A stretch of 64,000 nt of DNA from a virus: positions 1 to 64,000 of the IMG/VR virus record IMGVR_UViG_3300020000_000011; one strand, written 5' to 3'. This document shows, piece after piece, positions 17,449 through 28,226 of the stretch (the stretch's first letter is position 1; each line of letters opens with the position of its first letter). Position numbers and translations under genes: made by a program. The notes beneath the pieces are model-generated. The model was given only the letters and a program-made list of their open reading frames with translations, had not been told where the DNA came from and did no database searches.

Positions 17449-19955
17449 ACGATGACGCCGACGTCCTCGCAGCGTGGCTGGTCGAACTGACCCAACCGGA
17501 ACCGAACCCGGCGATCATCGCCTCACTGGAATCGGTCGCCGAAGACAGCGGCTGGTCGCCTCGCCACGCCCTCACTGCCCTGCTGGCACGCACCGACTTC
17601 AACCCCGACCTGCACCCCCGCGGTCACGACGGCAAGTTCATCGAGAAGTTCGGCATCGTCAAACTGCTCGGCAACGTCATCGCACCCGACGGACGCAAGG
17701 TCGACGCCACCGGCCGACGCGGTGTCGTCGAAGGCATCGACCCCGACCCGCGCACCCCCGGCCGACCGAACATCCGTGTCCGCATGATCGACAAGGACGG
17801 CCGACCCGGCCCGCCTGTCCACGTCAAGCCCGACGGTGTCGAACAGGCACCCGAGAAGGCCCGCCTCGACAAGCCTCTCGACCGTGCACCCAGTGGACCC
17901 AGACGCCCGGCACAGGCGCCAGGGCGTCCGCTGGCGACCCCGAAGCGCACCGTGGTACCCGAGACACCCGAACAACGCCAGGCACGCGCTGACGCCGACG
18001 AGAAGGCAGCGATCGCCCGCGAGGCACGCACCGTCCCCAACGCCGACATCGACTACCAGACCACCGTCGGCCCGTCGCAGTGGCGCGACGCGGTGATGAC
18101 CGAGAAGCAGGCCCGCGAAGCCAAAGCCGCAGCCGACCAAGCACGACGCCAGGCGCTGATCGACGACGTCAACGAACAAGCCAAGGGACTGTCAACAACC
18201 GACGCCGAAGAACGAGCCATTGGCCTCGACGCCATCCTCGCCAAGTTGCGGTTCTCGATCATCGACACCGACAAGGTCCACGACCACCTGTACCCGCCCG
18301 AAGACGGCAGCCAGTGGACCCCGGAGCGCACCGCCCAACACGAAGCGATGTGGGAAGAGTTGCTCGCCGACGTCGAGAAGGCCGGGATCCCCAAGGACAA
18401 GGACGCGTTCGTGCTCGGTGGACTCCCGGGCGCGGGCAAGTCGTACTCGCTGCGCCCCGGCGAAGCAGCCGACTCGTTCGGTGTCGTCGCCTGGGAACCG
18501 AACGTCCCCGTCCCCGAAACAGCGACGCACGTGTCGATCAACCCCGACGTCGTGAAAGAGATGCTGATCGCTCACGGCATGCTGCCCGAGGGCCTGTCCG
18601 ACGACATGAAACCGATGGAGAAGGTCACGTTCCTCCACGAAGAATCGTCGTACCTCGCCAAGATGTTCTCCGCCCGACTCGGCGAAGAGGGCTACAACGT
18701 GGTGCTCGACAACACGTTCGACTCCGAGGGCGGGATGCTGAAGCGGATGGCCCCACTCGCTCGCGAGGGCTACACGTTCCGTGGCCTGTTCGCCGACATC
18801 CCGATCGACGAATCGAAGAAGTCGGCCAAGGACCGCTACATCCGTGGCGCGCTGACACCCGAAGGTGGACGGTTCGTCCCCTCCAGCGTGCAGGGCAACC
18901 GGCAGTCGACGAAGTCGTTGTCGAAGAACCGTGACGCGTTCGATCTGATGGTCGCCCAGGACTGGTTCACCGACTGGAAGGTGATCGACAACACCGGCGT
19001 CACTGAAGGCCACCCGAAGAAAGAGATCGTCGGCGAAGGCCAAGGCACCGGCGCGGCAGCGTTCGCCTACCGTCCCGGCCAGGAGAAGAACGCACCCAAG
19101 GTCGGCCCGCGCCTGACACCCGAACAGCAACCGGCACCGACGATCGACGTGTCGACGATCGGTGGACCGAACCGCACCTCGATCTCCCCGGCCGGATCCG
19201 AACAGTTGGCCAAGGACATGATGTCCGGCAAACCGATCGCACCCGAAGACCACGACGTCGACGACATCGTCGACCACTTCGCCGACAGCGAGAACCCGGT
19301 CGACCTGACCCTGATGTCGCAGTTCTCGGCGATGCGCGCCGGTGGCATCCCCCGCTCGCAGATGCCGCAGATCTCCAAGAAACACACCGACGCGTTCCAG
19401 AACCGGTTGCGTGAATCCGGTGTCGACTTCGGCCCCGGGATCGTCGACCCGCTCGACCTGAAAGCGACCCAGTCCGAGTTGGACGGCAAGACCGTCGGCG
19501 GGATCATGCGCGCCGCGAGGGCCGGGGAGATGGACCTCCACGGGCACCCGATCTGGATCTCCAACGACGGGTACGTCCTCGACGGCCACCACCGTTGGGG
19601 CGCGGCGTCGGCACTGTCGTCGAACTGTGGTGAGCCGGGCTGTGTGCAGATCCCGGTGATCCGAGTCGACCTGCCGATGTCCGAGCTACTCCAGTTCGCC
19701 AACACGTTCAATGACGACATGGGTGTCCAGCGTCTCGGTTTCGGAGAGTCGCTCCCGGCCGGGCAGATCGCACCGGTCGCGTCGGGCATGCTCGCTGCCG
19801 CAGAGTTCGGTCCACCGGCGCAACTCCCGGCGCCGGACGACAACGGGAACTACGAGATGGCCACCGACGAAGAGGACGGCGTCAACCCCGCCGATCTGGA
19901 GGGCTTGTCGCACGGTGACGGTTCAGCGTTCGGCTATGAACCGAAGGGCGAGTAA
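17445..19955 (+). CDS. HPRG module + zeta-toxin-like P-loop kinase + ParB/Srx domain
   Basis: LHPRGHDGKF; GGLPGAGKS (18417), INPDVVKE, HEESS, VVLDNT, GGRFVP; LKATQ..ISNDGYVLDGHHRW. Confidence 0.85.
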   Translation: MNDDADVLAAWLVELTQPEPNPAIIASLESVAEDSGWSPRHALTALLARTDFNPDLHPRGHDGKFIEKFGIVKLLGNVIAPDGRKVDATGRRGVVEGIDPDPRTPGRPNIRVRMIDKDGRPGPPVHVKPDGVEQAPEKARLDKPLDRAPSGPRRPAQAPGRPLATPKRTVVPETPEQRQARADADEKAAIAREARTVPNADIDYQTTVGPSQWRDAVMTEKQAREAKAAADQARRQALIDDVNEQAKGLSTTDAEERAIGLDAILAKLRFSIIDTDKVHDHLYPPEDGSQWTPERTAQHEAMWEELLADVEKAGIPKDKDAFVLGGLPGAGKSYSLRPGEAADSFGVVAWEPNVPVPETATHVSINPDVVKEMLIAHGMLPEGLSDDMKPMEKVTFLHEESSYLAKMFSARLGEEGYNVVLDNTFDSEGGMLKRMAPLAREGYTFRGLFADIPIDESKKSAKDRYIRGALTPEGGRFVPSSVQGNRQSTKSLSKNRDAFDLMVAQDWFTDWKVIDNTGVTEGHPKKEIVGEGQGTGAAAFAYRPGQEKNAPKVGPRLTPEQQPAPTIDVSTIGGPNRTSISPAGSEQLAKDMMSGKPIAPEDHDVDDIVDHFADSENPVDLTLMSQFSAMRAGGIPRSQMPQISKKHTDAFQNRLRESGVDFGPGIVDPLDLKATQSELDGKTVGGIMRAARAGEMDLHGHPIWISNDGYVLDGHHRWGAASALSSNCGEPGCVQIPVIRVDLPMSELLQFANTFNDDMGVQRLGFGESLPAGQIAPVASGMLAAAEFGPPAQLPAPDDNGNYEMATDEEDGVNPADLEGLSHGDGSAFGYEPKGE

Positions 19956-19973
19956 CCCGCTATACTCCGGGGC

Positions 19974-20285
19974 ATGACACAGACTCTGACTCCGACCATG
20001 ATCCTGCCTATCCGCAAGGTGACGCTGGGACTCTCCGATCTCGACCAGTTCACGCTGCGCGACGGGATCGACAGTTACCTGTTGAACCCGCACGGCGCGT
20101 ACGGCTTCCCGATCGTCCACGCCGATCTCGACAACCAGCACGTGTTCCACAAGGACCTGTGCCATCCGTTGACCCGTTCCGAGGTGGAAAGCCTGTGGGC
20201 CAACGAACGCGAGATCCGTCCGCATGGTCTGTCGGCCGTGCAGTTCTGCTCGATGTGCGTCACGAACATCCACCTGGTGTTCTGA
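19974..20285 (+). CDS. hypothetical early protein
   Basis: leaderless after GCTATACT (19959-19966); FHKDLC...CSMC. Confidence 0.6.
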   Translation: MTQTLTPTMILPIRKVTLGLSDLDQFTLRDGIDSYLLNPHGAYGFPIVHADLDNQHVFHKDLCHPLTRSEVESLWANEREIRPHGLSAVQFCSMCVTNIHLVF

Positions 20286-20812
20286 TGAGCGCCGAGCTAC
20301 GAGACGAGATCGCCCAAGTCCTCAACCGGCACTCGCGAGAGAACCGGTCGGATACCCCCGATCATCTGCTCGCCGAGTTCGTGCTGGATTCGCTCGATGC
20401 GTTCGATCGTGTCGTGCGGATGCGTGAGTCGTGGTACGGGCGAGTGCTGCGCTACGGCAACGACGTCCCGGCACCGTTGCAACTCGTCCACAACGATCCA
20501 CTTCAGATCGCCGATCCCGTTCCGTCGCGTGACGCCGACCTGGATCCACCGATCCCCGTCGACCAACTGAAGTTCATCGCCGAGGTACGCGACGAGGAAC
20601 CACCCGTCGAAGAGGACCGCGTCCCGGTACGTCACTTCGACTGGGACGAGAACACACCGCTCGGCACCGCGCTCGGTGAAGCGATCGGCCTCGCGTCGAT
20701 GTGCTGGACTGAAACCCCCGGCGGGATCTTCGAATCCGAACGTGCCGGTGACATCGTCAACGAACTGCTCTGGTTCCTGACCAAACGAGACGAGGAACTC
20801 CATGCAAACTGA
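20285..20812 (+). CDS. conserved phage hypothetical protein (two-domain)
   Basis: LNRHSRENRSDTPDHLLA.F and AIGLASMCW..PGGIFES motifs. Confidence 0.7.
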   Translation: MSAELRDEIAQVLNRHSRENRSDTPDHLLAEFVLDSLDAFDRVVRMRESWYGRVLRYGNDVPAPLQLVHNDPLQIADPVPSRDADLDPPIPVDQLKFIAEVRDEEPPVEEDRVPVRHFDWDENTPLGTALGEAIGLASMCWTETPGGIFESERAGDIVNELLWFLTKRDEELHAN

Positions 20813-21134
20813 AGACGACATCGCCAAGGCCGTTCGCAAAGGGACGATGACACTCGACGAGGTGGTCACCGCGTTCCAAGGCACCGACGTCGTGGTCTAC
20901 CCGGCGATGAACCTGACCGAGGGCCAAGAGACGTGGGAACAGGTCGAAGAACTCGGCGCCGGATCCACGATGTTCGCCGCGTTGCAGACCGCCGGTGCGA
21001 CCCCCGAGCAGTTGGAAGAGATCGGCACCCAGATCGTCCGGCTGCGTGCCATCGGCAACACGATGGACCAGGTGTTCGGATGGGGACCCGGCGAAGCCGC
21101 CAACACCGCGCCCGCCGAGCCACCCAGTGAATGA
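20802..21134 (+). CDS. hypothetical acidic protein
   Basis: GAGGA RBS; 110 aa. Confidence 0.65.
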   Translation: MQTEDDIAKAVRKGTMTLDEVVTAFQGTDVVVYPAMNLTEGQETWEQVEELGAGSTMFAALQTAGATPEQLEEIGTQIVRLRAIGNTMDQVFGWGPGEAANTAPAEPPSE

Positions 21135-21399
21135 CCCGAACGCCGGGCTGGCGTCGTGGGCCGACGCCGCCAGTGTCATCTTGTACACCGCCCGCTACGC
21201 CGACGAGGAAGCCGCCACGCACGCCGCTGAACTGATCCTGCGCCACGACGGCTGGATCAACTTCGGTGGCCCTGAACTCGCCATCCTCCCCGCCGACATC
21301 GGTGTCGAGGACGGCCTGTGGTGGCTCTGCGACCTGTCCGAAGTCCCCGAAGCCCGCGCCCACGCGAAGGCCATCGTCGGTAGTACCCCGTCGGAGTGA
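21127..21399 (+). CDS. hypothetical protein
   Basis: overlapping GTG start. Confidence 0.55.
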   Translation: MNDPNAGLASWADAASVILYTARYADEEAATHAAELILRHDGWINFGGPELAILPADIGVEDGLWWLCDLSEVPEARAHAKAIVGSTPSE

Positions 21400-21422
21400 T
21401 TCGATAGAACTAGCCTCGGTCC

Positions 21423-24400
21423 GTGCCACCGAGGACGTTCGATCTCCGCGTCGACCAGATCACCACCGAGAACTTCGCGGCGATCGCTGCCAATCCCGAG
21501 ACGAGGTGGTACGCGCAACGCTCCCTGCGGCGCCTCGCCCCGGCTCTGACCGCTGCCGGTGAGTGGAACCCGCTGCTCCACCCCCGCGGGAAGGACGGCA
21601 AGTTCTTGGAACGGTTCGGGTGGGTCCGTTGGCTCGACAAGAACTTCAACTGGCAAGAGGGCTGGATCCAAGACATCGACCCGAACACCGGCGAACTGTC
21701 GGTCCGCTCCGGTGGCTCGACGAACAAGTTCCCGAACGCCAAGAACCTGTACTCGCGACCCAAGCGCAAAGCGCGCCTCGGCCTCCCCAACCCCGTCGAC
21801 GGGACCGTGCCCGACGGATGGAAGAAGGTCGGTGGCCAAGGCGGATCGAACCCCGGCGGGATGTACCAGACCGTCGGCGGCAACGCCAACGCCTCACCCG
21901 AACTCGGCCCCAGGTCGAACACCGTGTACTCGCTGATGCAGATGTCGGCCGGGCAACCGCTGTACGGACTGTTCCTGAAAGACAAGGGCCTCCCCGCCGC
22001 ATCGTTCGCCGGTGGCTCCAACGTCGTGTCCGTGCCCCGCCTCGACGGCACCAAGGGGCGCCAGGATGTCCTCTACCGATCCGGGCCTGACTGGTACCGA
22101 GTCCCGGCGTCCGGCTCGATGCTCGACGCTGACGGGGTCCTGCGTGACGATCTGAAGTGGGCGGCGACCGACGTGTTCGGCGAACCCAACTCGGAGCGAC
22201 GCAAAGCGGTCCTCGACGACCAGGACGCGCTCGGCACGAACCTCGGCGAAGGGTTCGAAGTCGACGATCTCGCCGGGCTGATCCAATCGACCGGGTCGAG
22301 CCTGCCCGACGACGGCGACAAGTTCTACGTGAAGACGATGAGCATCCCCGAACGGGCGCGCAACGAGGCGATGGCCAACCACCTGTACGAGATGCTCGGT
22401 GTCCCGGTGCCCGAGGTGGCGGTCGGCACCGACGGCAAGACGATCTCGTCGAAGCTGATCCCCGGCAACGTCCCGTTCGACCCGTCGAACACGGCGCACA
22501 TCGAAGCCGCGCAGAAGGGATTCATCGCCGACGCGCTGCTCGCCAACTGGGACGCGGTCGGGATGACCTACGACAACATGCAGGTCGACGCCGACGGCAA
22601 CGTGTGGCGGATCGACGCCGGGGGCGCGCTCGCCTACCGGGCGCAAGGCAAACCGAAGGGCGCGATGTTCGGGACCACCGTCGGCGAGATGAACTCGCTG
22701 CGGAACCCGCAGATCAACCCGCAAGCCGCACTCGTATACGGCGGTATCCCTCACGCCGACCAGGTCGCCCAAGCCGAGGTGCTGGCCACGATCCACCCCG
22801 AGGACCTGCTCGCGCTGGCCGAAGAGTTCGAACTCCCCGAGATCGGCCCGATCCTCGTCGCCCGGCGCCAGAACATCCTCGACGCCTACCACGTCACCAC
22901 GTTCAAGGCACCCGAGCCGGAACCGGTGAAGGCCCCCGAGATCAACCTGAACCCGCCACCGCAAGGCACCGGCCCGCAAGTCGCCGTCGACACCTACGAC
23001 CAGCAGTTCGCCAACCTGTCGACCGTCACGTTCGGTGGCGTGTGGAACAGCAACGTCTCCGAAGCGAACCGTGCCGAGTGGTGGAAGAACGCCGTGATCG
23101 CCCGCGGCGGCGACCTGCACACCTACTACGGCGAGTACAACCACCAGCCGAACACCGACAACGTGTCGATGCTTGCCCGCAACCAGATGAACGGCAAGGT
23201 CGAGAAGATCTACTTGTCCGACCAGACGCCGGTCCTCGGCGAACTGTTCCGCGACGACCCGGGCCTCGACAACCTCGTCGACGACTTGAAGGTGTCGCGT
23301 GAACTGGCGATCGCCGAGATCGTCGACCAGTCGAAGGGCGTCCCGCTCAACGACATCATGGCCGACACGAAGATGTTCGTCGGTGACGACTCGGTCGATT
23401 CGGGCACGATGGCGTTGCACCACTTCCAAGTCGGCATCCCGAACTGGCAGACGCTGATGGCCGGGCGGGAACGCAACTACTACGGGCCAGAGAACGCCTG
23501 GGCGCTGCGCGACGGGTACGGCCAACTGTGGGAGATCACCACGTTCCCCGAAGACGACGGCGACGACCTCGTGTTGCAGTGGATCTCACCCTCGGGCAAG
23601 GCGTCGACATGGACGCTGAACAAAGAGTCGTTCGCCAACAGCAACTGGTTCCGGGCGGGCAACGACACCACCGCAGCGATCTGGAAGTCGAAGATCCCCG
23701 AGACTGCCGCCAAGCCGAACCCCGACGACGTCGACGTCTCGCACCTGTCACCGGACGACCAGAAGTGGTACCAGCAGATGTCGGCGACCGATGTCGACAA
23801 GCCGGAACCGATCGAAGCCGACCCGGCCGACGCGCCGAGCCAGGTGTTCGTCAAGACCGACCCGACGACATGGAAGTACGCCTCCGACGAAGAGTTCAAC
23901 GAGGCGTTCCCCGACTCGACGGTCGCCACCCAGATCCAGAACGACGTCGACCCGGAACTGGAGAAGGTGATCGCCGAAGAGGAAGCGATCGCTCAGGCGG
24001 TCGCCAACGCCGCGCCGACAGTCGAGATCAAGACGAACGGCACCATCGTCGACGCCCTCGGCCCCGGCGAACCGATCATGTCGACCGAGTGGCTGCCCGG
24101 CGACATCGACCAGATCACCGCCGACCTGATGGGCAAGAACGTCGTGGTCCTGCCGCTCGGCGCGCTCGACAACCCCGACTGGGACGGCCAGATGGGGATC
24201 GCCAACGGCCTCGGCACCGTCGTCGAAGTGAAGCTGAACAACGAATGGGTCGGCGGCTACGACTCTACGGGCAAGTACAACTCCGGCTGGGAGGATGTCG
24301 TCAAGGTCAGGGTGCAACTCCCGTCCGGGCAGTTCACCACGATCATCGGTGGCGACTCCGGCAAGAACCCGAAGGTCGTGTTCCCGGTGGAGATGACCCC

Positions 24401-27400
24401 GGTGCCGATGACCCCGACGTTCAAGAAGACCGGCGAGATCGTCATCAACGGCACCGTCGTCGGCACCTGGCACGCACCGTATACCGGGCCATACGAAGAC
24501 CAGGGTTACTACTACTACCGCGGCGTGATCGACGCCGACCACTCGATCACCGGCAAGCCGGTGAAGTTCCAGACCAACAAGAAGAAGAACATGAAGGCCG
24601 GACCGGCGTCGCTCGTCGTGCCGATCGCACCGAAGCCGACGAAAGCGAAGTCGACCAAGGTGTACATGACCGAGCAGGAGATCAAGGATCTCAACGCCCA
24701 ACTCGTCAACGTCCAAGCCGACATCGCAGCGACCACCGACCTGATCGCCAACCCGACCCAGACCCCGGTCGGTGAAGGCGTCCCCCTCGCCGATGGTTCG
24801 TACCCGCAGATCGGCGACTGGGTGATGTCGACCAAGGACGGCAAGTACGGCAAGGTCGTCGAACTCTCACCGAACATCGGCCCGGCGTACTCGGCCGCGG
24901 TCGCCGCCAACTACATCAAGCTGAACTTCCAAGACCCGGCCACGGGGAAGTGGAAGAAGTCGAACCGCACCCTGCCGACACTCGTCGCCGTCGCCGGGCC
25001 GGGTGAACCACCGTTCGTGATGGAGACGAAGGCGTTGCAGGACGTCTCCGGCGACTGGTACGGGCCGGGCATGGAGGTCTATGCCGCAGGCGCAGTGGGT
25101 GGCGCCACCGACGTCGGTGACTTCTCCAACCAGTTGGTCCTCGACACCACCACCGACGGCAAGGTCAAGTTGAAGCACGCCGACGGCACCGTCCACTGGA
25201 CGACGTCGAAGAAGGTGTTCGCCCCCGGCAAGGCAGCCGAAGAGGAAGGGGCCGTGCTGCCGACGATCAAGAAACTGCCGACCGGCGCGTCCGCCGAGGA
25301 ACTCAACGCCCACCTCGCCGCGCTCAACGACACCCACACGCTGATCGCCGCACAGATCGCCAACTCGACGTCGAAGAAACCGAAAGCGAAGAAGGCGGTC
25401 GGGACCCCGTACCCCGGCCCGAACGGCAAGACCGTCAACCAGCCCGCGTACTACGCCGAGCAACGCACCGCCAAGGGCCTCAACAACTACAAGGACGGCT
25501 ACGCCCCATCGGTCGGCCAGATCCTGCGACACAACGACGGCACCCAGTACGTCGTTGCCGAAGTCGGACTGGAGTACACATCCCACAAGAACTCGGTGCG
25601 TGTCTATCCGCTCGGCGACGCGTACAACTCCAAGTGGCGTGCAGTGACCACGATGGTCGTCGACCACGAGACGACGCTGACCGACGGATTCGGCAACCCG
25701 CTACCGATCATCAACCAGGTCGAGGGCGCCGACTGGTCACCGACGTCGGGTGTGCTGTGGCGCCAGGACACCGAAGAGAGCTACTACCACAAGAACCCGC
25801 TGACCTTGAAGACCGAGTGGCGCACGAAGCCGGTGTCGAAGTTCTACGTCGTGTCCGGCGAAGGCGCGGTGTACAACATCGACGGCACCAAGGTGCAGTC
25901 GTGGAATGTCAGTTCGACGCTGGCCAACTCGGTGCGCGTCGGTTACATCGACAAGGACGACAACAGCGCCGGGGCGATGAAGCTGACGGTGTCGATCCAG
26001 CAGCACGACAAGATCGGCGCAGTCCAATACGCCGTTATACACGACCCGGCTGATTCGGCCGGTGTGATCCTCACCAAGCCGAAGGTCGAAGGCCCGAAGC
26101 CCGACCTCGGTGTCTACGACAAGGTGAAGGAAATGTACACAATCATCACGCAGGAAGAGTACGACGCCTCGCCGACGACCTACACGATCCTGCCCAACCA
26201 GGAGCACACGCAGACCGCGGCACAGTGGAAGGCAGCGCATGGCGTGCAGCCGGTCGTGCCACCCGTCGCTGAACCTGCACAGGCGCCCGAGGTGGCGCTG
26301 CCGGAACCCAGCGAGCTACCCACCGCGCCGGATCTCCCCGTGTTCGCAGGCGCCAACCCGCAAGGCACAGAGGTCCCGCACCCGGCGGTCACCACGTCGT
26401 CGGTCGGGGTCCCCTCGTACAAGGCGACCGGCGGCACGAACCTCGACGTCGCCGGGATCGGCGGGGCACGCTCGGTGATGGGCGCGCTCGCCGAAACGAT
26501 CGACACCGCCAAGGCGAACAAGCAGACCGGTGAGAAGACGTGGATCTCGACGTACGGCCTCGCCGACCACGACGTCATCGAAGACATGATGGTCCAGACC
26601 CAAGTGGTACGCGACTCCGCCGGGAAAGAGTTCGTCGAAGTCCGCTTCCGTGTCGACACCGAAGCCGCCCGCACCAACCACGCCACGTTCATCACGTCGT
26701 CGACGAACCAGTCCGGCGACTGGGACTTCAACGACCGCAACGCCAAGAACCTCGTCGCCGGTGACCTGATCGCCGTGCGCGTCTCCGGTGGTGGTGGCGT
26801 GACGGTGTCCGGTGCGCTGCGACCCGACGGTGGCGCTGGTGAAGGCAAGACCCCGAACGCGACGGTGACCGGCCCACCGACGCTGATCGGCAAGAACAAG
26901 GCCGGGACGTACGACGTGTGGCGCACCCCGGTGGTCACCGCCAACGGTGACGAAGGCTGGATCGACCTGGAAGACCGCGACGGTGCCGACACGATCGCCA
27001 CAGCGTTCTGGGATCCGACCAAGCCGCGGACGACGAACGGTAACAAGAGCCTCAACCCGAACGCCCAAGCCGACGGCTGGTCGGTGAAGACCACGAGCCT
27101 CGGCTGGGAACGTTCTGACTACCAGGACGGCAAGGACGAACGCTACGACGACGCCGTCAAGAAACTCGGCAACGGATCGAACACGACCACAGTCGGCCAG
27201 GGCTGGGTGCTGAACCGCGACTACGACGGCGCCAACATCCAGTACCAGACGTCGTCCGGCCGGAACTCCAACGACGGCAAGGTCGTGATCCGCGTCCCGG
27301 TCGACGACCCCGAAGCGCAACGCAAGATCTCCGAAGCGATGGAGTTGGTCGGCGTGTCGAAGGAAGCGCAGGCCCCGCCGGACAAGGCGGCGTTGCAGAA

Positions 27401-28226
27401 GATGGCGACGAACAAGGTGTGGGCGCAGTTCAACCCGATCTACACGAAGGGGAAGAAGCCGAACTCGCCGCAAGAGGCGCTGACGGCGATCGACAACGCG
27501 GTCGGCGCACAGTTGGGTCGCAAGGCGACGATGGACGACATCTCGCTGCGAGTGTTCGACGACGGCCGGGTGCAAGTCCTCGTGTCCGAAGACGTGTCGC
27601 GAGCGATCGTCGCCAAGAACGGTGTCAAGGCGTACACCCACCACTTCTCGTCGCAGGGCATGAAGAAGACGATCGAGGGCGCGATGACCCAAGAGCACCC
27701 GGGGTTGATGGCGACCACCGAACGGTGGCAGCACGGCATGTTCTACAACGGGATGTCGTCGGTCGCCGACCACGGTCACGACTCCGCCGACCATCTGTTC
27801 TTGCGGATGTCGAAGGACAACACGTCGTCGTCGCAGGGGACGCTGATCATGGACCCGGTGATGATCCACCGGCAGGTCGACTACTACTGGCAGCCGCACG
27901 ACACGTACGGCGAACGGCCGCACGCTCACAACTCCGACCAGTTGAACTGGTTGACGCCCGGCAGCCTTCAGTCCGGCAACGAGTTGATGATCAAGCGGCG
28001 ACTGGAAGCGACCCTGTGGGGCCACGTCATCCTCACCGCCTCCGAGCGTCAGGAGTACATCGACCGGCTGCACAAGGAAGGCGTCACCCACGCACCGAAC
28101 GGGATGCTGTTGGAGGACTTCTTCGTGACCACCGGCGGCGCGGCGGCGCTCCCCAAGGACGCCCCGTCGTTCGGGCAGGAGATCCCGCTCACGGCGCTGC
28201 CCGAGAACTTCCCTGGAGCGATCTGA
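21423..28226 (+). CDS. giant multidomain putative effector: HPRG module + HipA/PI3K-like kinase + unknown domains + putative C-terminal ART-like domain
   Basis: ALTAAGEWNPLLHPRGKDGKF; GGSNPGG, FYVK, NEAMAN.LY, DALLANWD, WRIDAGGAL; C-terminal HH..GLMATTER..SSVAD..ADHLFLR..NELM. Confidence 0.75.
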   Translation: MPPRTFDLRVDQITTENFAAIAANPETRWYAQRSLRRLAPALTAAGEWNPLLHPRGKDGKFLERFGWVRWLDKNFNWQEGWIQDIDPNTGELSVRSGGSTNKFPNAKNLYSRPKRKARLGLPNPVDGTVPDGWKKVGGQGGSNPGGMYQTVGGNANASPELGPRSNTVYSLMQMSAGQPLYGLFLKDKGLPAASFAGGSNVVSVPRLDGTKGRQDVLYRSGPDWYRVPASGSMLDADGVLRDDLKWAATDVFGEPNSERRKAVLDDQDALGTNLGEGFEVDDLAGLIQSTGSSLPDDGDKFYVKTMSIPERARNEAMANHLYEMLGVPVPEVAVGTDGKTISSKLIPGNVPFDPSNTAHIEAAQKGFIADALLANWDAVGMTYDNMQVDADGNVWRIDAGGALAYRAQGKPKGAMFGTTVGEMNSLRNPQINPQAALVYGGIPHADQVAQAEVLATIHPEDLLALAEEFELPEIGPILVARRQNILDAYHVTTFKAPEPEPVKAPEINLNPPPQGTGPQVAVDTYDQQFANLSTVTFGGVWNSNVSEANRAEWWKNAVIARGGDLHTYYGEYNHQPNTDNVSMLARNQMNGKVEKIYLSDQTPVLGELFRDDPGLDNLVDDLKVSRELAIAEIVDQSKGVPLNDIMADTKMFVGDDSVDSGTMALHHFQVGIPNWQTLMAGRERNYYGPENAWALRDGYGQLWEITTFPEDDGDDLVLQWISPSGKASTWTLNKESFANSNWFRAGNDTTAAIWKSKIPETAAKPNPDDVDVSHLSPDDQKWYQQMSATDVDKPEPIEADPADAPSQVFVKTDPTTWKYASDEEFNEAFPDSTVATQIQNDVDPELEKVIAEEEAIAQAVANAAPTVEIKTNGTIVDALGPGEPIMSTEWLPGDIDQITADLMGKNVVVLPLGALDNPDWDGQMGIANGLGTVVEVKLNNEWVGGYDSTGKYNSGWEDVVKVRVQLPSGQFTTIIGGDSGKNPKVVFPVEMTPVPMTPTFKKTGEIVINGTVVGTWHAPYTGPYEDQGYYYYRGVIDADHSITGKPVKFQTNKKKNMKAGPASLVVPIAPKPTKAKSTKVYMTEQEIKDLNAQLVNVQADIAATTDLIANPTQTPVGEGVPLADGSYPQIGDWVMSTKDGKYGKVVELSPNIGPAYSAAVAANYIKLNFQDPATGKWKKSNRTLPTLVAVAGPGEPPFVMETKALQDVSGDWYGPGMEVYAAGAVGGATDVGDFSNQLVLDTTTDGKVKLKHADGTVHWTTSKKVFAPGKAAEEEGAVLPTIKKLPTGASAEELNAHLAALNDTHTLIAAQIANSTSKKPKAKKAVGTPYPGPNGKTVNQPAYYAEQRTAKGLNNYKDGYAPSVGQILRHNDGTQYVVAEVGLEYTSHKNSVRVYPLGDAYNSKWRAVTTMVVDHETTLTDGFGNPLPIINQVEGADWSPTSGVLWRQDTEESYYHKNPLTLKTEWRTKPVSKFYVVSGEGAVYNIDGTKVQSWNVSSTLANSVRVGYIDKDDNSAGAMKLTVSIQQHDKIGAVQYAVIHDPADSAGVILTKPKVEGPKPDLGVYDKVKEMYTIITQEEYDASPTTYTILPNQEHTQTAAQWKAAHGVQPVVPPVAEPAQAPEVALPEPSELPTAPDLPVFAGANPQGTEVPHPAVTTSSVGVPSYKATGGTNLDVAGIGGARSVMGALAETIDTAKANKQTGEKTWISTYGLADHDVIEDMMVQTQVVRDSAGKEFVEVRFRVDTEAARTNHATFITSSTNQSGDWDFNDRNAKNLVAGDLIAVRVSGGGGVTVSGALRPDGGAGEGKTPNATVTGPPTLIGKNKAGTYDVWRTPVVTANGDEGWIDLEDRDGADTIATAFWDPTKPRTTNGNKSLNPNAQADGWSVKTTSLGWERSDYQDGKDERYDDAVKKLGNGSNTTTVGQGWVLNRDYDGANIQYQTSSGRNSNDGKVVIRVPVDDPEAQRKISEAMELVGVSKEAQAPPDKAALQKMATNKVWAQFNPIYTKGKKPNSPQEALTAIDNAVGAQLGRKATMDDISLRVFDDGRVQVLVSEDVSRAIVAKNGVKAYTHHFSSQGMKKTIEGAMTQEHPGLMATTERWQHGMFYNGMSSVADHGHDSADHLFLRMSKDNTSSSQGTLIMDPVMIHRQVDYYWQPHDTYGERPHAHNSDQLNWLTPGSLQSGNELMIKRRLEATLWGHVILTASERQEYIDRLHKEGVTHAPNGMLLEDFFVTTGGAAALPKDAPSFGQEIPLTALPENFPGAI

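Noticed and set aside
21870-22310. Intein as the explanation for the kinase-domain insertion
   Set aside because: No C/S start with a terminal HN-[CST] junction and no LAGLIDADG motifs seen.
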